Positions 27,001 through 39,681 of a stretch of DNA of 64,000 nucleotides are shown here, one piece after another. The position numbers and the translations under genes were made by a program. The notes under the pieces are model-generated. The model was not told the origin of the DNA. It ran no database searches and saw only the letters and a program-made list of their open reading frames with translations. The DNA is from Marsupella aquatica (Eukaryota > Plantae > Marchantiophyta), in the NCBI GenBank assembly GCA_973895155.1, contig OZ316896.1:20776152-20840151 (forward strand), in the 5' to 3' direction. Position 1 is the first letter of the stretch, and each line of letters starts with the position of its first letter.

Positions 27001-28685
27001 GATCGTGTCTCCTTCCATGTGCAGCATGTCAGGCGTGCAGCTGTATCAGCTCTGAGCACTGCAGCACACAATAAGCCGGGTCTGATTAAGGAGTTACTTC
27101 CCACTTTATTGCCACTATTATATGATCAAACTGTTATCAAGGTGGGTAGTTCTCTGTATGTTGGCTTTACCCTATTGTTTTTTTGTTTTATTTTGTACTC
27201 TCAGTTGTACTTAAACCTCGTGTGCTTCACGGTGTCATGAAATGTGGGGCTGTCCTGCCACTGACGGCAATGGTAATAGACGATTGTAATGCAACCATTT
27301 TACTTGCAATTCCTTGGCTGCATCCATCTTCAAGATTAATTATTGTAGATACTGTCTCTAGATTTTTTTGTTAATTTCTGTGTACGCTTTTCTATTTTAT
27401 TGTGTTGATCTAATTTATCTTTGGGATGCAACTTTGTGCTATGATTTTAGGTGACCTTGGGCAAATCTTAAGTGGAGAAGGATAGCCATTGATTGATTGG
27501 ATTTGTTGTCCTTTCGAAATGAACTGAACTAGGTTATATAGGTAGAGATTATTGTTACACCTATGATCTGTGTTCTATGTTGCTTCCCACAAGATTTGCA
27601 AGGATCAGATTCTCAGAAGCACGTAAATCTTTTTGTTTGTCTGCAGAAAGAACTCATCAGAACTGTGGACTTGGGCCCCTTTAAGCATACGGTAGATGAT
27701 GGGCTAGAGCTTAGAAAGGCTGCATTTGAGTGCGTGGACACACTTCTCGATAGTTGTCTCGATCTAATTGATCCTTCTGCTTTCATCACTCCCCATCTAC
27801 TTTCAGGTTTATCAGGTACTTCATTTATCTTCGTGCATAGCAGGAAGTTGCTGATTTGTGTTTGTGCGCTTATTTCGATGGATGATTCGTTACAATTATT
27901 TGATAATCCTGCACTTCAAAATAGACAATATTTTGTCATGACAAGGAGTTAATGATGGGATTTTGCTTTTCAGATCACTATGATGTAAAAATGCCGTGTC
28001 ATTTAATTCTTTCAAAACTGTCACAGAAGTGTGGAGCTGCAGTTTTGGCTGGTAAGTTTATTAATTGTCTATTATTCGTGTATTAGGCATTCGTCGTTAT
28101 GTATGATTTCCTATAGACACTTTGTAGTTTGAACATTATCTTGGACTCATCAATAGTCGTGAAAAGGAGATTGCTCATCTTTCCGTGGCACGCAGTGCTG
28201 GACGCATTGGTGGAGCCTTTAGAGAAAACTGTGACCAATAAGACAAAGCCAGACGCTGTTAAGCAAGAGGTAGACCGAAACGAGGATATGATTCGCAGCA
28301 CACTGCGCGCAATTGACTCACTGAACAGAATAAGGTTTGTGACATCTATTTTCTTGACCCTATGGTCTGCTATGCGTTTCAATCATTAGAGCCGTCGTGT
28401 GGTCGTTCGTCTTCTGGTCCATGTTGGGGGACCAAGTCGAATGTGCGGTTGGCCTGAGGAGATTGATGATACTTACATGGCAAGTAACAGATTGTGCTGC
28501 ACAATGTACTGTCGTATTGATTCTGATTATCGGTTATGCTCGACGTAAACAGTGGAGAACCTAGTTCCCGATTCAAGACTTTCATGACCAACGTGGTGAA
28601 AACTGGCTCTCTCGGAGAGAAATACAACGCCGTTCGACATGAAAGTGACTCGATGGTCGGAGGAGATATCATGGATATGAGCTAG
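18086..28685 (+). CDS. CAND1: Cullin-associated NEDD8-dissociated protein 1, ~28 exons
   Basis: Exon 1 (18086-18121) [12 protein letters not shown]; exon 2 [20 protein letters not shown]. Later exons give [76 protein letters not shown] and [23 protein letters not shown] introns; stop TAG at 28683-28685. Confidence 0.97.
24047..24390 (+). repeat. 173-bp tandem duplication spanning a CAND1 intron 3' end and the first ~25 nt of the next exon
   Basis: TGTCTTGATTGTGAAG|GCATTTGCAAC(T/G)ATAGCGGAATCT occurs twice, with acceptors ending at 24191 and 24364. Confidence 0.9.
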
Positions 28686-30055
28686 TTGCCTCAATATATG
28701 GCTTTCTATCCTGGATCCCTCACCTATAGGGATTCATTTTAAACCTCAGGAGGTGTAGTGGCTTTAGAGAACACTGTAGCCGTGCAGACGTAGAGTACTG
28801 ATCTGGAGGGTATGTAATTATCAACTGTTCAACCTCCCGGGTTCATTGTCAGCTCTAAGTCCTCTTGTTTGATGAGGAGTACTTCAATATGGTTGGCCCT
28901 TAGACAATAGATTGTTCAGCACACCAACCCGAAGGAAAGTTTACAGTAGGTGATCTGGTGTCGTCCAGTGGAATGGATTAGCTGTTGGTTGCTACCAGGC
29001 CAACCTGCTTTAGAGACGTTTACTGGCCACATCTTCGTTTGCCCGTATGACAAAGGCTGCCAAGCATCCAAGGCTTCGCACCTTTTCATTCCTCTCTAGT
29101 CCTTGCTTTGTGCTTTGCAGCCATTTTTAGTCCATTCAAGGAAGCAGCGTAAGTTTTTTGACAGTACATAATGAAGAGACTTAGTAGCAGAAGCAGACGA
29201 GGGACTTACCAGAAGGAAGAATTTGAGCTTGAGCTCGCCAGTGAGCTTCTATTGTATGAGAAGCATCTTTGAGTTTTTTAAAGAACGCGCAATCAATAGA
29301 TTGTGCAGACGGCCACTGGATATCCCTGCCCATTTGGTAATCTACTCTTCCCAATCATCATTTCACTATTCCGTTCTGCAATCCTGGTTTTAGCACGAGT
29401 GGACGTCTTTAATTTCAGGTTGAGACCTGGAAAACTTTGGTGGTCCATCACGGAATACCATTAAAGAAAGGTCGTCGCGTGCTAGGTGTTCTAGTCGACA
29501 CTGATTTTCATGTAAGGTTTTTATTTGCCTTTAATGTTGACCGGACTACTTTACTTGCAAGATCAGTGAACTAAAGTACTTGCAAGAGGGAAACTCTAGT
29601 AAAGCTGGGAGTGAATGGCTTAACCAGCAGAGGCCGCAATACCAACCAGATCCAGACACATCCAGGAAGGGGCATGTAGGGAATTTTGAGTGCTAAATAC
29701 AAGTTTGGGGAATGTGTGCTTCTGTCTGCCCGAAGGAATCAAAAGGTAGAAGGTAACGGCTAAGACTCAGGAAGCTATAGAGAAGGTCGGGAACAGTAGA
29801 CCTTTTCGAAAACCAATGACTCCTGTATTGTGTTCGGTGCTTATTTTTTACCAACTTGTTTAGTTCAATTGGTTGCCAAAAACGTTCAGTCACTTTCTTG
29901 TTGTTTTCGTCTTTTAGTGCCACATTTTGTCAAAAAAGAACCATAGGTCATGTCTGGTTAAGTATGTTTGCACATATGATCTTTTTTGACAATGTTTTCC
30001 AAATTTTACACAAAAATAATTGAGAACTTTGCAGGTAGGTCTGTTAGTGCAAGTA

Positions 30056-30216
30056 GGGCATGCCAAAGCATTTCCATAAGGAAGGCTTTATGGCTGTGAC
30101 TATTTGGATCACTGATACTTAGGAGGTATCTATTTAAGTAGCCTATAGGGGTTTTCCACCGCCATAAAACCATTTATTTCGCCATACCTCACTTATGGCC
30201 TTGTTTGGACATGCCC
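30056..30216. mobile_element. MITE with GGGCATG(T/C)C.AA.CA TIRs flanked by TA (Tc1/mariner-Stowaway-like)
   Basis: TA|GGGCATGCCAAAGCA...TGTTTGGACATGCCC|TA; a second family member lies at 41985-42270. Confidence 0.7.
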
Positions 30217-30958
30217 TATTAGAGTTGTACTAAAGTGTTTGAATCCAGATGAGCACGCCACCATTTTGAGTCAAGTTCAGGGTGAATTACTGTTTAACTT
30301 TAAGTTCTAAATTCAAGGTTGCAGAATGTGATCTTCTGTCTGTGCCCCAAAGAATTAATGGATGAAGCTAAAGGCTGAACCTCAGGAAGCTCTAGAAATG
30401 GTTGGGAACAATTTAAGAGTTCTACTAAACCAAATGGGTCAAATCAAGTTCAGGCCAAGTTACTATTTGAGAATGACATCAGTGAGTGGGTGTTCAATGC
30501 TTGGGTGGAACTGTGTTTGGGTCTTACGGAGGTGCCTTTTACTTTGGTCAAAACTTTAACAAGAGCAAAGGTGGGACTACTGCATCATTTTTTTACTTGC
30601 CACAGCTCGTTAAATTCCACCTCCCTCAAAACTTTTTGACGCTTTGGGTTTTTGATAGGTTTTTGTCTTCCATCAGCCATATATCTCCCTAGCCACACAT
30701 CCCATTAACCTGAATTTGACATGAATCCTTAAAACCAGGGAGATCTGACTGTCAACATTAATTTGGGAAAACTAGATAAGGAATATGCTTAGCCCTCTTC
30801 TTCACACAAGGTCACACCCCTGGCAAAAATGGAGAAACCTTAAAAGTTACCCTAGATTGTGGCTTTTTGGAGTTGGCAGGATACTAGATTTTCACATCTA
30901 GTATCCTACCAATCAGTCACCTTGGTGACTTGGTACTAGGAAACTCATTTAGTATATT

Positions 30959-31400
30959 CTAACCCAATGTTTGTGTGTTGCACAGAAGATGTCAAGATGA
31001 GACAAACATGTCAAGGCAAGGACAAGATATCGAGGTGAGGAACAGGGGAGCCAAAGATGTTGAGGGGAGCCAAAGATGTGAAGGTGAGACAAAAATGTTG
31101 AGACGAGGCAAGGACATATAGGCAATGCAAGGCAGTTCCTGAGGCATGTTATATGTCATCCCGGCCATTGTGGCCATGTTGCTATTGCAGTTTTGTAGTT
31201 GGGTTTGCAAGCAAAGTGTGCAGGAATGACATGAAGAATATAAGTCAATCATCACAATGAAGACTTAAAGCATAAGATGTTAAATCCAAATATGAGGACA
31301 TGTTGTTCAATGCCCATGCCATTACACACAAGTGGTTGTCGTGGAAGTTGTGATATCAATAGAACATTATCTGTCCAGAAATGTTGCCATTGCACACAAT
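30959..31400 (-). mobile_element. Degenerate Helitron 3' terminus, same family as 2876 (extent approximate)
   Basis: CTAACCCAATGTTTGTGTGTTGCACAGAAGATGTC followed by AAAGATGT repeats; shares AAATATGAGGACAT with the 2876 copy. Confidence 0.6.
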
Positions 31401-31989
31401 TTGTGTTATTGATATGTTGTTAAAGTTGTTGTTTGTGTCATGTGGTCTGTGCAGTCATGTTGTGGTTATCAAAGTATCATCCTTCCGTTGGGTGCGTGGT
31501 TTTGCTAAAATATTGTCATTTTGGTCAATCTTGTTCTTGAAAAATTGATGTTGTTGGGCCAGGGGGGGTAGGGGGGGGGGGAGGGGGGAAGGGACAACTC
31601 CATAAGCCATAGGGAACAGCCAGATCATTGTTAGGCTTTCTATATCTAATAGAGTATTGGATAGGAGTTTCATATCCAGGTGGGAGTGGTGTATGAGAAT
31701 TTATGTGGGCCCCACTGTATTATCCGCCTGATTCATTAGGTCAAGACTCGTCCATTGTTTGCAACCCCACAATGTGATTGTGTGATGTGTGTAGTAGTCA
31801 GTAACTTAACTCAAGATTCCATTTCCCAACATTGCGGAAGTTACAATCTACGGCGCTCTTAGGTGCCTAATTGGCTGACCAGCATTGTGATGGGGCCCTG
31901 AAAACGGCATTCCCGTCATTGCACATTGAAAAGCAATGGCCTATGATGTACCAGGTTAAGTAGAACGAACAACATTTAGTGATATGAGA

Positions 31990-32560
31990 AAACAATCCGG
32001 TTTATAGTGGTATGGGAAATTCATCCTACATGTGGACATCTGCCACATGATGGCACAACATGTTGCTACATTTTGATGTGCACTTACCAGAAAGGCTGAA
32101 AATGGGCACAAATGTACAAAGAAAAGCAATTTACAGAGAGGTTTTCTTGCTGATAGTGCATCGATATAATAGACATGTACTTCCAGAAGGGAAGACTTCA
32201 AAATCTGACCTGTATGCTTATGCAGCCATTCGCTAACCCTGTAGTTGTGTGATATAATAAAACGCATAAGGTAGGAAGACAGAATCCTGTCAATATTCTC
32301 AAGAACATAATGGTGCTGGTTGGATTGCCACCAAAGTAACCTTCTTTGTAATTGTGCTGGCACGACAATGCTCATATCACGGCTTGCAGGAAAAGGAGTT
32401 CCTCACCAGATGGGTATGTTTGTCACTTGGCATCACTCCACGGAAGGATACTCAACATAAGAACATGCGGAAGCAACAACATTGGTGTTTGCTTATCCGG
32501 GTCTTGATTATGAGAAAGCTTTGGAGGATGTGTCTAAGCAACATCTCTAAGTCAGAGTTG
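31990..32560 (+). pseudogene. Degenerate Crypton/DUF3504-like tyrosine recombinase fragment
   Basis: Across one frameshift: IDIIDMYFQK...*YNKTHKVGRQNPVNILKNIMVLVGL, then CNCAGTTMLISRLAGKGVPHQMGMFVTWHHSTEGYST*. This parallels the YR C-terminal pattern TNHS.R.T.I.RL...GVP...IM..TGH.S.EG...Y, and the TAA at 32458-32460 falls on the catalytic Tyr position. Confidence 0.55.
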
Positions 32561-34174
32561 CTTGTTGTTTCAATAGGGTGAGCGGGAAAGCAAATGTTCA
32601 TACATCAATGATATCATCAGTATCAACAAGCTTGATTTAGAAGCGACAGGAGAAATTTGGTATACAACTTTGAGTCAGGTTGGCTATGTTATTTAAAAGA
32701 CTAGCTGGATTACCCGTCCTTTGAAAATAAACAGAGATGAGAGAAAGTCAAAAACATTCCTTATTAGTCTTTGATCTCATTCTCCTTGCACTTTGAGTTG
32801 TTCACTTAGAGTTATGGTCTAGAGGCTTTACTCTAAACAATAGCCCTGAAAAGTAGGTTTCATCTGATGTGCAAGAAAGTACAGTCAGATTGTGCCTCAG
32901 ACTTTGGATTTCCTGTCTTGTTTGTGTCTGACTATTTTTTGGCCTGTTTGTGTCAAGTATTCACGAACATTAATGGTCTGGTGATGGGACATTAAGCTCA
33001 GATGGTCTCCAGTAAGCCTCCTTGCATACACAAGTCGACATATGGTCGACCTTTCTGTTTGTGGCAAGTATTACCTTAACAAACACTATTGCCTTTGTGG
33101 ACACTAATGGTCTAGTGATGGGACATTACATGCATACGGTCTCCTGTAGGCCTCCCCCCAGTTTGGACTTGTCTGACAAATAAGGGGTCTGGACCCCGAC
33201 AAATGACACACCCGGTCATCCCGGCCCCGGCCGGCCCACACCCCGCCTTGACCCGGCCCCGACCCCGAACCGGGGAGCTGGCTCACTAAACCAGGGGAGT
33301 CCAGGACCGGACCGGAAGGGGTCGGGAAAGCTCAGGACTGGGCCAGGAGAGGGTCTAGAAAGTTTGGGGCTGGCCGGGGAATATCGGCGAACATGTGACA
33401 AATGACCCCTTTTGGAGCCAACAAATGACAAGTTATCGTGTCCAACAACACAACAACTTGTCCATCAGTTCAAATGCCCCCCTGCATACACAATTCAACA
33501 TACAATGGACCTTCATACTCCTTAATGGCTTCATACTTATTAATGGTCCATGTGAGGACCATTACCATTTATGTTAATTACGAGGGGTCTCAAAGCTGGG
33601 ATACAAATTTACGATATATCCCTTAACTCTGATTATGGGACCCAGTTCTGGAATTTTAAAAATGGGGGGAGGTAGCACTGACCCGCCTGATAAGGCAGGA
33701 GTTATAACATCACCTGTCTCATAGCCTATATTCTTTTGTCCCCCATTCTTTATCAATTGCCACCTCAAATGCAGCAGCCACCATGTAAGACTCAAAGCCC
33801 ACGTGCCTTCAATTGTGGTTTTCTGGAGTTCCAGAGTCGTGGATTTTTGGAGTTCCAAGTTTGCGCCTAAAGTTACGGGTTGAATGTTGAGCCCGTGGGC
33901 GTTCCTTACGGTAGTTGAAGAACTGAAGACGCCCCAGAAAAATTAGTAAGGTATTAAACATCAAAAAGTCAAATTAGGCTTTGTCGCTCCTCTGCGCACA
34001 ACAGAGAAACTTGAAGGAAAACATAAATCAAAACCTCAACCATTCACGCAAATTGATTTTAGTCCACACTGATCTCAAAACTTCTTTGCGGAATTCCATA
34101 GTTTTACCCTTCAAAGGATAAAAATGTGACTTTGTTTCCTCCATGCTTGGCCAGCTATCCCATTTATTTTGGCA

Positions 34175-34397
34175 TTTATCTTTGCTCACAACCTTTTGTT
34201 GGATTGCAATTTCTCATGTGGAGCGGTCTGAGTTTTTAGTTTGGAATGTAGGGGCGATAGTCGAGATTACCAGAAAGGAGGGCTGGGGGTTTATCTTTGC
34301 TCACAACCTTTCGTTGGATTGTGATTTCTCATGTGTGGAGCAGTCTGAGTTTTAGTTTGAAATGCCAAGGGATAGTCAAGATTACCAGAAAGGAGGG
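34175..34397. repeat. ~114-bp tandem duplication (2 copies)
   Basis: TTTATCTTTGCTCACAACC...GATTACCAGAAAGGAGGG repeated at ~34175 and ~34289. Confidence 0.8.
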
Positions 34398-36289
34398 CCC
34401 GAGAGCTAGCACTACAAAGGATTCGATCTCGAAACTTCTCGGTTTTCAATGAAGATTCTATTCAAAGAGCCAGCCAGGCTGCTCAACATGGAGTTGTAAT
34501 GAAATCTATCAGAGGCAATTGTGTCGAGAAACTTGCCAATGCCTCGTATTTCCTTGGGCCATAGGGTTTAGGGTTTAAACCCTAAACCCTTGCCAAATGT
34601 CCATCTAGCCCCTCTCCGGTCAGCGGCACCGCGCCCATGCCCCCCTCTTTGGTGGGACATTGCCGAGTGTGTGGCCAAAACTCTTCGAACACTCAAAGAC
34701 CTCCGGATCAGAGGAGGATACTCTAACCAATCTTTCCAATTTCATGTGAGGAGCGAAGTGTTCTTCAACACATGTGAGGTGACCCGCACCCGATAAGCAG
34801 AACTACCACATCAAGTCATGTATTCTCCCAGGAGGACATGAAGCTTAGGTAGACCTGGCCTACTGCAACACATCTTGATCGACTCTTTTGCTTGTCTAAC
34901 ATAGCCAGACCATTGATGTATCAGAATGGCGACCGTAACGCCTTTTGGGGACGTTGTAACGTTGACTCCCATTAGGGTCAAGAAGATCTGGCCTTCCCTA
35001 AATCCCGTCAAGCCACCCACAGAAGAGAAGCCAAAGATTTGCGCACTTTCCAAAGTTCTCAAGGAAAAGCTCGCATTTCCAACACAAATGGAGTTTGACA
35101 ATACAACAACAACTCTCAATTTCAAGGGGTTCTCTTTCTGGGCCGAAGATGGACATCTCACACTCAGAAACCTGTCCAGGCAGCATTGGAAAGGACTTGG
35201 TGAACAATATGGTGTCACTGCTATGACTATATCACTGCCATTCATAGTCCTTGCGTGTGAGCCTGACATACTCAGATGACCAACGGTTCTTTGTAGCTGG
35301 CACAATCAGCGTCTGGGTGAAGTCGGATTTTTGTAGCGTGTACCATGCCCTTGTAGGGGAGAGAGGTCTGGACTGCGCATCACAATTTTAGAAAATCTCG
35401 TGACGGGGTTAAAGCAGAGAGAAATTCCCAAGCAGGAGATTTTTCTTAAACTTGCACGGGCTCACTTCTTGACTGCAATCGCTATTTCATTTATTTGGGA
35501 TTCTATTGTTATTGAGTGCCACGGGTGGATGATGAACTTTTCATCATGCATCTCCAAGACTTTTCTAAAGGCTTCACCAATGTCAATATCAATTTGACAG
35601 TTCATAACGGGAATTTGCCATATACAGAGCAAAAATGATCAATCAAGCCAAATGCTACATATAGTAAAGGGTTTGGAGGCTGTAGCGGACAATACAGATT
35701 ATGTGAAGGAACAAGGCTGCTTTTACCCTGGCTCTATGATCCATGCACTCGATGAAGCCTTTAGGAAACATTGGTTCAGTAACATCGAGCATACTAGTTG
35801 AGAACTCGGGGGGTTGACTTTCAAAAATCTTAAGAACCACGTGCGATCCAAAATAGTTTTTCTGATAGAAATTCAGTAAATTTAAAAAAAACGTCAAAGG
35901 CAAAAGAAGGTATTATAAACTCATCTTTATAGAATATTTTCTAATATATATCTTTTATAAAGAAAATAGGTTATTAATATTGAAAATGTAGAATGTTTTT
36001 GGAGTAAAAAAATTCTATTTATATTAGGCTAGGATTGTATAGGGTACCCCAAAATATACACTTAGTTGACCCCCCAAGGTTGAGAAAGGCTCAATGAGAA
36101 GACTTACAGTCTTGTTTGATTGTTTTGAGTCCATCGTTGAGAAAAATCCAGATTCATTTGGTTCATCAGATACAGACTTTTGCAAAGTTTTCCAAGGAGA
36201 GCCCGGTACAAGTGTTGGGTATGTTTAGGAGCGGATTGGTAGCACTGATATTGCCCTTGCCAAACTACTATCTTCTATCAAATTTTGAA

Positions 36290-36620
36290 ATGAGTTCATG
36301 GGAATGTAGGCAAGAGCAAAGAGGATTTTACCATCTGAAGAAATAGCTCTAGGAGACAAATTTCTAGTCGACAATTTTGTAACTGGAAAGCAGCGATTGA
36401 AATGTTTGGGAATGAGATATCCGCTTGTCCGCAAAGCGCATTCTCATAGTCATCTAAAGTCTATTGGACCTGATTATCTAGTAGGTACTCTAGACAAGAA
36501 CATTTACATCAAGCTTGCTCAAGGCATTTATGCGACCAATGAGAAAAGGATCTTATGCCAGCCTAAAATACGTGAAGGAATATGTGGAGCAGTGTTATTA
36601 TGATGTTTCCTACGGCAGTC
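36290..36620 (+). mobile_element. Highly decayed copia reverse-transcriptase fragment
   Basis: YLVGTLDKNIYIKLAQGIY resembles copia RT AYLYG.LD..IYM..P.GF; upstream GMRYPLVRK resembles G.KWVFVRK. Confidence 0.35.
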
Positions 36621-38050
36621 TCCTCAGCGTGACATCAATTCAGTGTTGAAAGACGGATAGGTTGAGGGCATTATGCAGTTCACAGATTTACAATCAAATA
36701 ACAATATGAGTTTTCTTCTTTGTTGCGCAGATTGTTTTGATAGCTTGGCAGAGGCAGGTTGGAAAGTGGTTCAAATGGTGGAGAAAAGGTGTGCCCTGGA
36801 AAATGATGGTGAAGAGGAGCTTTGAGCAGGCCTGTCCTGTCTGGGTACACTTTAATAGGCAATTAATCTGTCAAAACACAATAACAATTTTGTTACGGGT
36901 CCATGTAGACCTGTTACACAAAACGCACAACCACAACACGTAGGTGTAAATTTGCTTGTGTAAGACCTTACAGAAATAAGTTGACCTATTCTCTCTTTCT
37001 CTTGTCTGCTCTCTAGCTTTAGATTCTTGAACTAAATTGCAACTATTTTCCTTCATGCCTATACGGCCTGGGATTCATACCTGTAAGCTATTTTTCCTAG
37101 TAATTCCTGCGCTCTTCATAGGCAAATGGAATTGCCTAAACCTTCATAGTTGGAAATGGACTATAGAAAACATATGACTTTATTGTCCAAATCTGAAGTT
37201 TGATGATACCTAAGTGGTTTCTTGCAAAGCTTTTGTCTTTGTTACCTGTGCAAGATCATTTTATGCGTTCTTGAATAGGTATAGTGCACCTTAGACTGAC
37301 ATGCATTCCCTCTCTTATTGTGATAGAGGATGCTCTGGTGACTGGAGACTCCCTATATATAGCATGTTCATTATAAGACACATCTATTTTAACTTTGTAA
37401 ATTACCAACTAATTTAAATAGTTGATCAAAATAGGAGCATTAGCAATAGTATTCAAATGTATTAAAACCATTCTTCAAAGAAACAAATGAAGGAACTACC
37501 ATACTTTTTTTGGTGAAAAACAAGTACATAATTTATAAGTCAATGTACCTTAGGGGTATAGTATTTTGTGGTTGACAGAGAAGTATGCTAGCTTTGTACT
37601 CTAGCTTTGTACTCTACTTCTAGGCCCTATTGAGAGATTCACTATTTAGGTGACATCTGTTAATATAAACCATAAAAGTTGGAAAGTTTTTCACCAATGG
37701 AGATATAGTCTACAGGCATCATTGGTTATCGAACTGGTGCATCCTGGTGAGTCTAACCTTGTCATGCAATAGAGAAGGCATGGCAGAATAAACAACTCAT
37801 CAAATACATGATAAGCTATCATAGTAAAATCTAACATACCAAATGATTTCATCAAATACATGATAAGCTATCATATTAAAAGCTAACATATGAAATGAAA
37901 CTGGTGGACTTGAAATAATGAAAGGGGTTAGAAAAATTGTTAAATTCAAACCAATATAAAGTGAGATGATAGACTAGGCCAGATTTAAAAGAAAATTGAG
38001 AACTTATTCGACTAATAAGACAAGATAGGATAGACTGTGTTTGCCATTAC

Positions 38051-38395
38051 AGCAGCTTCAAAAGAATACTCCAGGGAAGACCCCCTACTCTAGTAACTTA
38101 AAGTGTCCCTTTGAGACTGCCTATTTAGCACCTGGCTAAAAAGGAAAAACCTTGCACTACTGTATATAGCAGCTTCAAAAAAATACTCCAAGGGAGACTC
38201 CCAACTCTAGTAACTTGAAGTGTCCCTTTGAGACGGCCTATTTAGCACCTGGCGAAAAAAAGGAAAAACCTTGCACTACTGTATATAGCAGCTTCAAAAA
38301 ATACCTCCAGGGGAGACTCCCAACTCTAGTAACTTAAAGTGTCCCTTTGAGACGGCCTATTTAGCCCCTGGCGAAAAAGGGAAAACCTTTTCACT
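38051..38395. repeat. Tandem repeat, 3 x ~118 bp, upstream of LPA2
   Basis: AGCAGCTTCAAAA...CTCTAGTAACTT(A/G)AAGTGTCCCTTTGAGAC..CCTATTTAGC units start at 38051, 38168 and 38287. Confidence 0.92.
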
Positions 38396-38894
38396 AGAGT
38401 ATCCGCAAATGGATTGGGCTCCCACAATCCCATCCATTCCCACGCGAGTCAGCCATTCGCGGTCGGTCCTGTACATTCAAACACAGGTCCAATTCGCAGC
38501 AGAGCAGAAGCAGAAGCGGAGCAGGGTCATGGTGCTCGAGATCTCGACTACGGACAGCAAAATGGCCGAGTGAGCTGTGCGTTGTTCCTTCTTTTCTACT
38601 ATGCATGACAGAGTACAGTCCTGTACTGCAATTCTTTTCCTCTCGCGACTTTCGCCATGATCGAGAAATTGGTCACTGACTACACAGCTTTCTGAGCTGA
38701 ATTTGCTTCGTTGGAACGAGAGGAGAGTGAAATTGCAAATGCATCAGTTTCTGCTGCAATTCCTTTCTTACGTGCTCGTTGCTGTCTTTCGATTCCTTGA
38801 GAACTGTGTTCGTTGCTCTGTGGGTGTTTCGCTCCTCCTGGATTGGATTGGATTGGATTTGGCATGATTCGTTGTGCCCGTGTTCTCCGATTGG

Positions 38895-39119
38895 ACGGGC
38901 AGCGAGTTCGGAAGTCAGCTGATTGATGAGGAATCTGTTGTGTTTATCAGACTCGTTACTGTCTTTCCTGACGACGTCGAAGAAGAAAAACAACACGAAG
39001 CCGACGAAATTGTTGTCATTGAGTGATGGAATCGGTGGCGAGTTCGGAATTCAGCTGGGTGGTGGTGAATCGTCAGTTGGTTCCAAGCTCGTGACTGTCT
39101 TTGCGTGAGGCTGAAGAAG

Positions 39120-39150
<31 letters not shown>

Positions 39151-39610
39151 GACTTGGGAGTCGGCTGATGAATGGTGGCGAGTGAGTTGTGTTCCGGCTC
39201 GTTACTGTCTTTGGAGAGGTTGAAGAAGCGGGAAGAAGAAGAGAAATGTGTTTGGCTCTCGGAAGAGTTTGTCAGCGTACACATCTAAACGGAGGAGAGT
39301 CGGAGCACTAACGTGTCTAGTGTAGCGTTGATCTGTGGATTTTAGGCAGATGTGAATTCGTCCATCCATCCGTGTTGTGCTGCACAGATAATTATTTCAG
39401 TCTAGTAAGAAGGCTTGCAAGTGTATGACTGCCATCTTAGGTCATCATCATCAGCAGTTGAACAGCATTGAGCGGAGTTGTGGAAGTAGATTTGTGATTT
39501 CATAAAGCGATTACAGTGTGAGACGAGTGGAAAGAGGAGGGGGAGGGACGACAACGATTCGCTTTTCGGGAACGGATTAGCGTGAAGAAGGATAGCAGAA
39601 ATCGGAGTTG
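38895..39610 (+). repeat. 5' leader (probable 5'-UTR intron) of LPA2, paralogous to 44405-45160
   Basis: Long colinear matches, e.g. GATGGAATCGGTGGCGAGTTCGGAATTCAGCTG, CGGAGGAGAGTCGGAGCACTAAC and GCCATCTTAGGTCATCATCATCA. Confidence 0.9.
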
Positions 39611-39681
39611 CTGCTGGTTCGTCGAATTCTCGAGCTGACGGCGAACTGAGTGAGTGAGTGAGTGAGTGAGTGAGTGACCAC

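Noticed and set aside
34811-35305. 164-aa ORF with faint resemblance to a GAG-pre-integrase segment
   Set aside because: Key His/Cys residues and flanking motifs are not convincing.
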